From Dimorphilus gyrociliatus (Eukaryota; Animalia; Annelida), in contig CAJFCJ010000009.1 in assembly GCA_904063045.1 (NCBI GenBank), positions 848,942 to 912,941 on the forward strand: a stretch of DNA of 64,000 nucleotides, written 5' to 3'. The position numbers and the translations under genes were made by a program. The first letter of the stretch is position 1, and every line of letters starts with the position of its first letter. This document shows positions 24,469-37,044 of this stretch, piece after piece. Under the pieces are notes generated by a model. It worked only from the letters and a program-made list of their open reading frames with translations. It was not told the origin of the DNA and searched no databases.

Positions 24469-26522
24469 CTATTCTTCTCCTTTTTGTCCATTTACTTCAG
24501 TAGCGGGTGCAGGAGGTTTCCATTTTAGCTGATCCCTAGATGGTAATTCCGGATGCATAAATATGCAAGTAGTCTTTTGGGTACAACCAATTCCATACCG
24601 ACAAAGCTATAAAAAATTACATTACTCTTTATACCTAACACATTTATTTCAATAGATATTACCTTAGGATGAGTAAAAGGACAGTCCATTTTAGTGCATT
24701 TTGGATAAAATTTGCAAACATTAGTAGCCTTTGCTTTCGGATAATTCTTCGCGGCCGCAAAAGGTACAGCAACCTTCTTTGTATGCGTATATGGGCAATC
24801 GGATCTTGTACAGCTAGCATCAAACTTACAAGGAGGATGAGCATATAAGCATTTGTCGGCAAATTTACATTGAGGAAAATTTCGACAAGGTTGACTTGGA
24901 TGTGAGTAACCGCAATTCGGTTTGCTACAATTCGGCCAAAACTTACACTTTTCTTCACCTTTCGAATTTCTTTTATCTAAGCTAATATCTTCATCCGAAT
25001 CCGGATTTAGAGCTATTGTAACGGGTTTTGTAGGTGATGTATGCTTGTCATTTATACTTTGTGAATTAGCTGTTACGTCAATACTACTGTTCTCATTATC
25101 AGCTTCTTCATCGATTGGAGAACTGAAATCAACTTGAGAGTCCATTTGATCAGGATCTATGCCATCTAATGTGACAATAAAATTAGGAGAATTTGTTCGT
25201 CTCTTTTGTGCTTCTAATGCCTTAGCACGTAAAGTTTCTTCATCTGAATCTGAATCTTTGACTTCATCGTCGGCTCTATTTGTTTTAAGAGCACCGAGAA
25301 CAGCATCTCTTACTCGATTCTCTTCGACTTTTTTAACGTCCTGACTCTTGTTTAAGACTTTTCTTTTATCCCCGGTATTGGATGCTACCACTCGATAATT
25401 TTCTCGTTCCTCTTCTTCTTCCTCTCTTGATAAATATGTTGATCCCTTTCTTTTTCGAGGAGGAGACTTACTTCTCAAACTCTGGGGATTCTGTTTTTCC
25501 TGTTTTTTAGGAGGAGATACTTGATGATCAATAGGACTTCTCGATCGCCTCGATTTTGTATGTAGCTTTTTCTTTGCTGTCTCTACTGATTGGTTTGCGG
25601 CATTCATCGCTTTTAGCAATAGAGATTTATTCGCCTGTAGAGTTTGAGGTAACCTAGTTTTACGTATGACATCAACTTTACTTGCTATGGAAGGTTTTGA
25701 TGGATCATAATCTTCCTCGTCATCGGAATGACAAACAATAGATCCTATAATAGATCCAGGTTTATCTCTTGGTTTTTCAGTTTTTTCCGATAGTTTAACT
25801 TTTTCCACAGGTTTGGCTCTTTTTGCTTCCCTCTCCTTATAACGATCGTCCTCTTCCTCATCAAATCTATCATTATCAGCAGTTCTCAAACTTACAATGT
25901 CAGGATCTTCAACAGATCCGGCAGCTTTCTGGCCAATTTCATTTTCAGATTTTGAATTCTTGTGTACTCTCTCTTTTGCTCTTTCTTTTCTTTGCTTAAT
26001 ATTTTTGTGAGACTCTGTTGTAACTTTGGAAACCTCCTTGTTGGGAACTTTGTTTGGGGGTTTACTTTCTAAAATGCATTTATTAGAATGTTTCTTTCGT
26101 CATTAAGTTAATTGATACATACCTATTCCAGTTAATTGTAGCTTATTTAACTGTACATGCAACCTGAACAAATATTTTAAAATAAAATGTTTTATACTAT
26201 TTATTTTAATCTAGGCCTAACCAGTCAGTAAATTTTTCCGTATTATCACCCAAAAATAAGTTTAGGTCTTCAGTCATCTGTAATTTGGTCTTTTTATTCG
26301 CTACCATGACCATAATATAATCCGGCAATTCGTCATCAACATAGGCTCCTAAATCTACCAATTTCGCCTTTATCGCTGACTGTAGATAATTAACACGAGT
26401 TTGTAGAACGTAAAGGAAATAGTTGACCACTCAGAATACGTTATTATTTTATTAAAACCTAGTTTTATTGCAAAAACACAACATACCCTAATTTTCCCAC
26501 TAATTTCTGATCCTATTTCCAT
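24469..26522 (-). CDS. ZC3H14: Zinc finger CCCH domain-containing protein 14 (Nab2-like poly(A)-binding protein)
   Basis: N-terminal PWI-like MEIGSEISGKIR|SAIKAKLVDLGAYVDDELPDYIMVMVANKK; five C-terminal CCCH fingers. Confidence 0.95.
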
Positions 26523-27041
26523 TATTGACGGTTGTAGAAAATTTGTTTGAAATAGATAGATGAACGTTTTTCGTAGATCAAACGTAAATAATGGTATAGC
26601 TAACTACTACACACATTCACTGTCTATCTTATTGTGCGCATTTTCGTATTTTTTTTAAAAACTTTTTTTTTGCACTTTTCAAACATGACAAACAACAGAA
26701 AAAGTTAAGACAATAAACTGCATCTTTAACAGTTCATTATCAATTTATTTTAAAATATATTTTAGTAATATTTTGCTGTACTTACCGAGATTTTGCGGTT
26801 GTAGTGTTAAATAAAACTACAGCACCTAGAATAAAGTAATTTAAATTACGAATTAAATGTACAATTAGAGTATTAAGCAAAGTTTGTTCAAAGAAAAGCT
26901 TAAATTGTTTTCAAGTTTATTAATCAAAACTATAACAAAAATCTACTCCCAAGCATCAGTTGAAACAAGTTGAAAAACCACTGTTCACGTGAAAATTAAA
27001 GCGTACTATATACATAAAAAATGAAGTTTGAACATTGATTT

Positions 27042-29048
27042 TTAAACTATTTCCTCCTCCTTTAGGGTATTGCCTTCAAGTATGCGTTCAAAAGATAGAC
27101 GTTTTAGGTCAATAGTCTTGAATTCGCCATCAACAATAAGTTCCGTAACAGCATTTCCAATTGCTGGTGCGTGTTGTATACCATGACCTGAACTACCAGT
27201 TGCAAAGATCATATTTTTGTAAAATGGATGATTTCCTATTATGACATTTTGATCGAAATAATTATAATCATAGTACCCGGCCCATGCACTTTTGACCTAT
27301 AAAAAAATACATAACGTTAGCTATATTCAATCTACCAGTAGGGTTATAAGGTTAATACTTTTAAGCAATTGAAAGCAGGAACTCTATTTGCTAAGGCAGG
27401 CCATATTTTATGTTGAAAGTACTCGTAATCAACATCTAACGCTGATATATCAGGTTCCTCTTCCTGAACAGTGAAAAAATATATTGTTAGATACTCAAGT
27501 AAACATAAATATACAAAGTATATTTAGCAGTACCTCAGTTGGAGAAACGCCACAAATATAATGCCCAGATAAACCTTCTCGTCTTATATAAGTACCGGTA
27601 TAGTCGATTAACATCGGGAAGTTCAGGGAAGGACCATCTGGACAATGAACCGCGTAGACATAACGCTTGCTATTAATAAACAAAAAACTAAATCATGCAA
27701 TTCTTCTAAATTTTTAGTTTATACCGAGGTTCGACGGGAAGAGGGACAGATTGAATACCCTTTCCTTTTCCTATTCCCGCCATTGATGCAATTTCACCGG
27801 ACCAACATCCAGCGGCATTAACACAAGCAGCAAATTTAATTGGATGATGGTTTCCGTCTTCCAACTTAACCTAACAAATATTTATACGAAATTAAGTGAA
27901 AAATAAGGAACTTAGATAAGACTTATTTACGTCGACCATATCCAATTTCTTTTGATTCATAAACATACCCGATCCATCGGGTTTTGCCATTTGATGATCT
28001 TTAAATCTAAAACCTGTTACTTCACCTCTAACGTATTTTACTCCTAATGATACTGCTTTCGCTCTCATGGCCGCTAAAAGTAACCAAGGATCAAAGTATC
28101 CTTCATTTTCTAATCCTATTAATGAATAGATTAACCGTTTCTGACTAAAGTATAGCAATTATTTTTTAAAAGAAACTTACCAATCGATCCTATTAAAATA
28201 TCAGAAAAGTTCATGTATGGAAATTTTTCTTGTAATTGGCGTTTTGTTAAAATTTCTACCTTAGCTCCTAGTTCTCTGTTTCGAATAAGATAACAATATG
28301 TAATGCCTTTCTATTTGTATGTATATAAATTATATATATTAGTATATATGCGTAAAATTAACTTAATGCGATAAAAAGAAATACTAAAGTTTTACTTTTG
28401 AAGCCTTTGCTGCTTGAAAATGTTTTCAGCCGAGGTCTCACTTGTGGCAAGAAAGAGGTAACTGCATGGTTGAAATTGAATATCGGGTGGTTCTTCACCT
28501 AAAATGCTTAAGTGTTCTTTAATCTTTCTGAAGAATGTTGCTGAGAATTGGGATAGTTGTATATTTTCTGGTAAAGAAAATTGTTGTCTTAAACCTCCAA
28601 CTGAAAGACATGTGGATGCTCGACTATACTGAAATATAAAGGCTACGGTTGCAGAATATTTTTGAATCAAGAATCAATTACAAACTGTTGGATCTCTTTC
28701 AACAACTGTAACGTTCATACTATTTTGCACCCGGTTTTTCAAGAAATATGCAATAGATGATCCCACTATTCCGCCTCCTAAAATAACAATATCGCTTTCT
28801 TTTGGGCATATTTGATCATCTTCTTCAATGCTTTCTGTCCCACGTTCCTTGTTCTCAGCAAAATCTTTTAACAATATTTCTTTAACATTATAATCTCCTT
28901 CGCCTGCTCCAGGCATATATACTCCAGATGGAACTTTGTCTTTCGATGCAAATTGACTGCTCGCTGTTCCAAGCCATTTTTTCTTCAAACTGAAATTTTG
29001 ACATTGAATCCTCCGAGCGAAAATACGAGTTATTGACCAAAACATCAT
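27042..29048 (-). CDS. FOXRED1: FAD-dependent oxidoreductase domain-containing protein 1 (complex I assembly factor)
   Basis: DIVILGGGIVGSSIA (Rossmann fold), SVGGLRQQFSLPENIQLS, ENEGYFDPW and a mitochondrial-type N-terminus. Confidence 0.93.
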
Positions 29049-29809
29049 AAAAGTATTGACTAAATTTTGTGTCGTCGCATAAAAGTTGACAGAATAAGAA
29101 GAGATAGTGTTTTTATGTGTGATTGTCAAATTTTATATCGTTAGATAACGTTTGAAGCTTTTATCAAGCATCTATATATATATATATGCAAGTATCAATA
29201 TATCAAGCACTTTTTTATTTATACTATATCTGAAATAGATGTCCTTACGAGTACTTCAAACATTTTCGTATTTCAAAAAAGCAAAACATAAGTATTGTTT
29301 GTTCCTTAAAGAGAAGTTCTTCCCAATTTAACTTTTCTTTGATAAATTTCCATAAAAAAATATAATATCTAATGTAAATTAATTAACTATAGCATTTTTT
29401 TAAATTTTAATTAAATTTGCAATCAAGCTACTAATTAAAAGATTTAAAAGCCATAAAAAGACAAGAGAAGTTAAGAGAAACATTAAAAAAATTTGCTTTG
29501 ATTTATTTCAATACAAATTTAAAGATTTTTCATCAAATAAAACAATTGTAAAAAGAATTCACGTAATATATATATTATATAATGTAATTAATACATTATA
29601 ATATATAAATTAACGGATACAATAAAAAAAATATGCATTTATAAATAGATTCATTAAATACATAAATAGAAAGAACATATATGTTGAACATGTATTAATG
29701 TAGAAAAGTTCATGTAATATTCTTTTTTTTTTCTTTTTCTTTTTCTTTCCAAAATTTGAACACACAAAAAAATATTTCTCACAAAATCAAAAGCCATAGA
29801 TTTCCCATT

Positions 29810-31879
29810 TTATTTCCTATTATCGCAAGGTTTCAGATCCAAGTTATATTCAGCTTCGCATTGACGAATGTAATGATTCATTAGTTTTCTAACAGTACCA
29901 TAACTCTCTTTAATTTCGTCGTCTTTATCGAATTTAAGTAAATACTTTAATCGATGTTCAAACTTATAGAAACTTTCAGTTAAACAGATAATTTCCTTCG
30001 TTGACAGCTAATTTACATATTTTTATATTTAGTTAATTATCAAATACAGTATCTATAATATTAATATTATTATACACTTACCAGCTTTTTCGCAATGATC
30101 TTATTCAAAAAATCGCATAAGACATACGAATACGATGTCCATCTATTTGGATTTGGATGGTCAAATAGTCTTTTAAGAATTAAACTTCTATCAGCAACCT
30201 ATTTTTCAGAGAGAAATCTATAAATAATATAGAAACTTAATAGAATTTAATACAAACTTCATTCAAATGAGTGAAATATTTATTAAATATAAAAAAGAGA
30301 TCACTTAAATCGTGTGTCCAAAAGCTATCTTCATCGTTTTGCAGGAATACTTGAGCACAAGTTTTAAGTATTTTTAGAATAGTTTGCGAAGCGGGTAAAT
30401 TAATGATCCTTACTACGACAAACGTATCTAACAAGGATATTATATTCCTTGAAGAATCGCCGTAAGAATAGACTGAATGCTTTAATTCATTTAATTGATC
30501 TAAGACAACCTAAAAAAATTAAAAAAGAAAACAAAATTGAGTACTTTCTCTGGTGTTATTGTTTAAATGTTGAACAAAGTGAAAACAAAAAAAAACCTCT
30601 GCAATCTCGTATTCAATTCCCTTAACTTTAGCCTTTAATTCTTCGTCTTCAGCATCGATACTGTGTCCCAAAATCCAATTTAGAAAGTACACAAAATGTG
30701 ATTCGTTTCCTCTATTCGCCTTAATAAATTTAGCTCTATGCTGAACACATCTCTTCTTATCACTCGTTATTCCCTATATATAATTAGAAAACATAGTGTT
30801 ATTCAACGGTATTTGTATTAGTATATATACACTACTTAAATACTCACAATAAATTGACGTATATCCGGATCAATAGAGTCTAAATTTCTTTCCATATTCG
30901 TTTCGAAACCGAATAGACCCAAATATTTTAGCTTAGTATGTCTCTCAATAAATTTTCTTATATAAGGAAATAGAGTATGACTCCAACTTCCCGACATATT
31001 AATATAACTTAAATTCGGCCAATTAGCATAATTGACAAAATCATCAATTTTCCATTTATATTTCGTAAGGAAGCACTTTGGAATAGTACCAGTTTTAATA
31101 TCATCAATATCGTCCTCGTCTACTCGTCTACAGTAATTGTAGCCCAAAAATTGCTTGTCGTATGTAATACCGTCTTCTCTCGACATATCCAAATACTCAA
31201 GCGATTTAAGACGTAATAGAGCCAAATATGTACCATATACTTTTATATCAAGTGGAAATGAGCAATCTAACGAATTCAATTTCGGAAAAGCTTCAAGATG
31301 ACGTAGATCTGTTATTAAAGTTTCCGACATATTTAAATGCTCAACTCCGGGAAGCTCTCGTGAAATATATCTCAATTGTTCATCGACAAATCCGGTTCTT
31401 GAAATATCAAGATGTACAATGTTCTGAAAAGGTTTTAGGCATGTAACGCAAGCAATACTTCTAGCTTCTTCCTTGTATCTAATATCAGATACTCTGGATC
31501 CCTTTATAGATAGATGGGTTACAAGTGTCTCATCCAAAAAACAAATCCAATCTTTCAATAGGATATTTCTAGCAAATTCAATGGAAACTTTACTCAGGGC
31601 ATGACCCTTTAAAAACTCCATTGACGAATTCTTATAAACATTTCGACAATTTAGTTTAATCTCTTTGAAAAAGCAAATATCTTTATTAAATAATTTCAGT
31701 ATATTTTCAGGAATAAATAGCAAAGTATCATTCAAATCGAATAATAATCTTCCAGCCAATAGTGGTGATAATCTTTTATTCATCCATTCATTATATAATC
31801 TTTCGTCTTCAATATATAATTCTATATGTTTCATTAGAAACTCATACGTCAATACTTGTAATGTTTTGACTGTTTCCAT
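29810..31879 (-). CDS. Divergent ZYG11/ZER1-like leucine-rich-repeat protein
   Basis: N-terminal METVKTLQVLTYEFL (box-like), LRRs (IVHLDISRT, VEHLNMSET, LEYLDMS, LSYINMSG, LKYLGL), and helical C-terminal exons ending ...KPCDNRK* (stop 29810-29812). Start codon uncertain. Confidence 0.6.
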
Positions 31880-32043
31880 AAGTGTAAAATAATCTATCAT
31901 AGATTTAAAATTAATCATCTTTGTAAAAATAAAACTTTTCCTCCTCTCTTTATTTTTATACAGCGTTAACCCAATTTTCTTCCAAATGATCAACTTTCAC
32001 CAGTGTCTAGCCTATAAATAGAAACGGCGGTAAACTCTACAAG

Positions 32044-32098
32044 TTCTCTGTCTCTGTCTCTCTATCTCTATCTCTCTCGCTCTCTCTCTATCTCTATA
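32044..32098. repeat. Imperfect (TC)n/(TCTCTA)n simple repeat
   Basis: Visible run ttctctgtctctgtctctctatctctatctctctcgctctctctctatctct upstream of the LRR gene. Confidence 0.8.
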
Positions 32099-33018
32099 AG
32101 AAAATATAACATAATATTGTTCTACCTACCCTCTTTTCAAATAGCTATTCAGAACAAAAGACGTAGCTTCCTAAAGTATACTTGAATTACTTTTAGTTAA
32201 CTTTATACTCTCGAAGTTCCAGACGAGTCTAATGGTCTTGCAACATGTCAATGTCCTTGACATTGACGTACTCAATCTTTTAGACTACTACTCAAACTAA
32301 AGCAAATGCTTGTTTGTTTTTTTGGTGTACCATTATTGAAAAATTTATATTTTCGCTTTCAAAGTCTAATATTATAAGTTTCCAAGAAAAGATAAAAAAC
32401 AAAATGGAATAGTATGGTTTCTGTAGAACCTTACAAAAGTTCACGAGACGATTTCGCAATAGATGAGACGTTATTTTTTTTCCTCAACATAGAATGACGT
32501 GGAGTATAGTTCGACAATTCCATTAAACTAGAGTTAAAAAAAGCTTCAAAGTGTAGATGAATCAGTGAAAAACTACAGGGAAATTCCTTTTAGCTTCTAT
32601 TTGCTTAACCTTCGAGACCTACTTTTCAGACAAAAATTTAATGTTCAAAGAAGAAATATGATCAATTATCTTATATTATCAATTTAGGTCAATGACTTAT
32701 CATTAAAAGTTATCCTTGAATACGACAAAGGCGAACTTTAAGCACACGTGTAATAATAAATTTCAGATATTAATTAGTTTATTATAGAAAAAAATCCAAA
32801 ACTGATTAAACTTAAAGACTACTAACTAATGAAAATACACGGTACACACACAGTATATATGAATATGTAAGACAACAAATGTATAGCATATATATTAGAA
32901 ACAGTGAAAAGCTGGTTAAGCAGAATAACAAATTGATAATCGTACATCATTTAAAAAATAAGTTTTGTTTGTGCTGAGAAGTTAGCTTAAAAATGCTCTC
33001 TTTAATCTTGAAATGTTA

Positions 33019-33546
33019 TTAGGTGGGACAATTTATTAAGCTATTGATATTATACTTTGATAAACAGGCCTTCTCTATCAATTTAACTCGAAGAATCTGC
33101 TTCTCTCTTTCTAAATTGTCGATCCATTCTTTAAGCTGTTTATTTTGCTCGACAAGTTCTTCTAACGTCTATATATAGATAAAAAAAATAAGAATGACAA
33201 TGAATAAAGACTAGGCTTCAATAAAGTTGGTAGGATTTACATACCTTATTCGTATCCGATTCTTTTTCCTTCTTCTTTTTTCTGCATCTTTGTGCTGCAA
33301 GCCTGTTGCCTTCTCTACGCTTTTCTTTCTTTAATGGATGAATACCATACATAATAACAATGATGCAGTATTTTGAAACAATTTACTCACTTTTTCTTTA
33401 GTTGCGTAATAGCTAGGTAATATTGGATTAATTTCGAAATTTGTGTATTCTGGATCAACCTTTTCTTTTTCGTTTTGCCAAAGGCGAGATGAAGATCCAC
33501 TTGGATTTTTTGTCAAATCTACCGGAAAATTTTCCGTTCGACTCAT
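33019..33546 (-). CDS. Small bZIP transcription factor, ATF3/JDP2/Fos-like (129 aa, 3 exons: 33391-33546, 33245-33328, 33019-33168)
   Basis: Basic region KRREGNRLAAQRCRKKKKEK has the invariant N and R. Zipper LVEQNKQLKEWIDNLEREKQILRVKL. Both introns are phase-0 GT-AG. The ORF track shows only exon 1. Confidence 0.85.
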
Positions 33547-33554
33547 TGCGCAAT
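33545..33554. promoter_or_regulatory. Perfect C/EBP palindrome ATTGCGCAAT at the bZIP start; CARE/AARE-like TGATGCAAT at 33770-33778
   Basis: Exact matches to known consensus motifs. Function is inferred. Confidence 0.35.
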
Positions 33555-34023
33555 TCCATTTTAATCACAACTATAGTTAATTAGTATATTAATAATGAAT
33601 ATTTAAAGATGCATTATACTGAGAGGTGCTTTATTTACCTAAAAATTGACCCAAGGGGTCAGAAATTAGAAAGCTGTCTTAGACATGGGTGATGTTTACG
33701 CTTGCACAGTTTATCTTGAAATGAGCTAGAAAAACCAGAGGTCGCAGACAATGTCGCTGTAAAATTTTCTGATGCAATTGTTAATCACTGCTCCTCCACC
33801 GATAGGTGGCATCTTTTTTTATCTATCAGTATCGAAATTTTACTACTACTAATTAATAGCGCTTATATAATGATATATATTTCAGTATTATAGTAATAAC
33901 TTTTATTGTTCCAATTCGCAGACAATCGCGCGGCTTATCGAAATCAAAGACTACGTAGAATACTTGAAACTATTTTGATTTAGATAATTTTACTTTTTAT
34001 CGTTCATATTTAATATAAAAACC

Positions 34024-34799
34024 ATGTCAGCAGCTATTAATCATAAGCTATTGTTAAGACTAAAATCAACATGGCCCATTATTCACAAAATTTCGGAGGT
34101 CAATAGCTTAATTACAAATGTAAGCAATAGGAAAAATTTTAGTTTAATAGTCCCTCCAAAGTTTCTAAGCAATCCAGAAGACTTGAAACAATCAGTATTG
34201 GAGAAGAGTTTATTAAAAATTACACCGGTAGCTCAAATCCAAAAGCGTCTCAAAGGACGCAAAGGTATTGTGCAAAAAAAAAAATTAGACAAGCAGTCGG
34301 CAACTGAGGATGATGAAGATCCCGAGGACACAGATGACGAAGAAGATGATGAAGACAGCGACGATGAGAACGAATATTCCAGAATATTCTTTGAAGAAGA
34401 TAAAAGTTTACCAAATAATTTTCGCGAGATTATCAGTCAGCAGTCGTCCATGAGACTCGATTCGATTCTTAGTTCTGGTTTAAATACACCTAGAAGGTAT
34501 AGCAAATAGTTTTTCATGTTAAAAAAAGCGTCAACTTTACTCATTTGACTAAAATTCACAGCAAAGTCGACGATTATTTTTTAGGCAGTCAACTAAGATT
34601 AAATGGAGACCGGGTCTTAAAGAAATCTGCTCAAATGTCTGAAGGTGATTACGTAGATATTATATCTGATGTGAAGGATAAAGAAATGAGAGTGAAACGA
34701 GTAAGAGTAGTTAAGATCTTACACGAGAAAACCGCAAGTGGAAAGAGAAAAGTTGTACTAAGATGCTGGAGACAAAATGTTACAATTTCTCGATTTTAA
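34024..34799 (+). CDS. MTRES1: Mitochondrial transcription rescue factor 1 (C6orf203; S4-like RNA-binding); 2 exons
   Basis: Mitochondrial-type N-terminus, acidic tract, then SMRLDSILSSGL..R|SKVDDYF...LRLNG..VLKKSAQ..GD.VD and VVLRCW. Confidence 0.85.
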
Positions 34800-34944
34800 A
34801 AAAAAAAACAAAGCTGAGTTTTTATTTCAATTTGTCATTCATACACTGATTATGATGGTTTACTTGACCAAGGTAAAAGAACCTTTTCTCATGAGGGTTT
34901 TTTAGTTTTAAATAAAAGATAAAAAAACTGTTTAACAAATATAT

Positions 34945-36701
34945 TCATAACAGGCCTTTAAGTTCACTCATAAAACTATCGTAGACCTTATCTTTAGTAG
35001 GTCCAACAAGCGGTTTATCTGAAGATCCCAATAATGGATCATTTTGACCAGTTTTAATAACTCTTCCCCTATTATCTTTAACTTCTCGTCTAACTTTCAG
35101 AGCCATCGGTGTAAATCTAGTTACATCTCCCATAATATTCTTAATTTGTGGCTTAGCCTCGATCGTAGGACCACTCTGACTTCTTCTATTATCCAATTTT
35201 TGTTGTGGATTACGATTCATATTCTGTTGCTGAGCTGCTGGCCTGTTCATCAAATGAGGAGGGAGACCAGGCGGAGGTCCAGGTGGTAAACGAACTGTAG
35301 GTCCAGGTGGTCTGAACTGATGAGGCATTTGCGGTGGTGGATTTGGATGTCGAATATTCATGCCAGTTTGCGCTCTCATAAGAAAAGTGGGTAAACCTGG
35401 TGGCGGACCAGGAGGCAAAACCACCGGGGCAGGTTTTTGCTGGCTAAGATCTCTTACACCAGGAGGACCATCGTCTTCATAACTGTCCATTTGATTCGAT
35501 AACTCGTAAGCCGCTGACATGGTTAATCGAGTATCTTTTTCTTCACCATCTCCAGGATCATCGAATCGGATAACACGCTTTTTAGGTATAGCTAACAAAA
35601 TTTTTTGATTAATAATAGTTATTAAACTATGTAATTCTGCTTACGAGGTTGAAATGGGTCGTCTGAATCACTATCATCAGTATCAGATATGATAGGAGGA
35701 GTACCTGGAGGAGGACCTGGTGGTTTTCTCTTGGGCAAAGGAAACTTATTAGCGCTAAAATTAAAAAACAAAAAATTAATAACTTATATGCAGGAGTTCT
35801 TATATATGAATACAGGTACGTACGTTTCCGCTGATTTCTTCAAAATTCCAATCTTTGGTGGTGGTAACGAAGCTGTCATTGGAGGAAGAGGAATGCCACC
35901 TTAAAGAAAAAGCAGTATTTTTCAGTTTACAAATGGTTTTGTGTTCAGAGCAACTAACCTCCTATTTTATTCTCAGGTAGGGGAATTTGATCAATTGTAC
36001 ATCTTTTAGCCGTCTGTACTTGTTCTAAAAGTCAACGATAACAAATCTATTTAATTCTAAATAATGTACGAACGAAACAAGATTTACCATAATAGATTTG
36101 TTTTTCAACTTTGCGCCTTTCGTACTCGGATTCAGCTTTTCGTAATTCAAAATAATAATTTGGATTTTCTTTTTCCTATAGGAATATAATAATGATGTTC
36201 AATGATTAAAAAATGAAAATAAAATAGGTATTTTCATACTTACATACATTCCCATTACCCGTTTAAGAGTTTCTTTTAATTTTCTCCTTTTCTCTTTTAA
36301 AACTTTTTCATTTAATTTTGGAGCGTTTATAGGATCAAATTCTAAAATGATTAAACAGAATAAGATTTATATGGCTCTCTCTAAAAGTTAATTTTTACCC
36401 ATGTCGTCAACTCCGTCCAGTTCCTTAAAGATTTGAAGAGGATCTTTGCTTTTAAGGACAGCATGTCGTACAGTTTGCCTTTGCTTCTTATTCTGTATAG
36501 CAAAATTGTAATATATAGATATATAGTGGTTATCTATATTACTACCTTTCTTAGTTCTTTTTTCCTTGCTTCCTTACCTAGTAGATTAGACAATTTTAGT
36601 ATGAGGTTCTAATCGATAAAAAAAACTTAATACTAACGAGCTTGATCAGTGGGGTTCATGTACTTCCCACTCTTTGTTGTTTGCGTCGAACGTTTCCCCA
36701 T
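34945..36701 (-). CDS. WBP11: WW domain-binding protein 11 (splicing factor, Pro-rich)
   Basis: Starts MGKRSTQTTKSGKYMNPTDQAR; repeated PPGPPPG motifs; C-terminal TKDKVYDSFMSELKGLL. Confidence 0.95.
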
Positions 36702-37044
36702 CTTGTAAAATAGTGATTAGATATTTTTAATCCACTTTTTCTACAAAAAGTTAGGGTGTAAGCGTAGCATGCACGTATTTCAATTATTTTTTTCTACAGA
36801 GCAAAATGGCGGACGATCAACCAATAGCCATTCAGCTAAGTAATAACTGCTGCGCTGCCATGAATAACACTAGTTATGTCAGAAGATACTAAACTGGTTT
36901 GAAATTGTGGCAGATTGTATATCTATTATTCTGAGTTGTCACTTCTTAAAGTGTTTACTGGTTACGAAACACATTAATTTTGCTAGTATTGAATCTTTAC
37001 AACAAACCACTCGATTTGGTAGTGTTTTGTCAATAGAATAATAA

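Noticed and set aside
32246-32270. Inverted repeat gtcaatgtc-ctt-gacattgac
   Set aside because: Only a 9-bp stem with no second copy or terminal-repeat context; not enough for a MITE or miRNA call.
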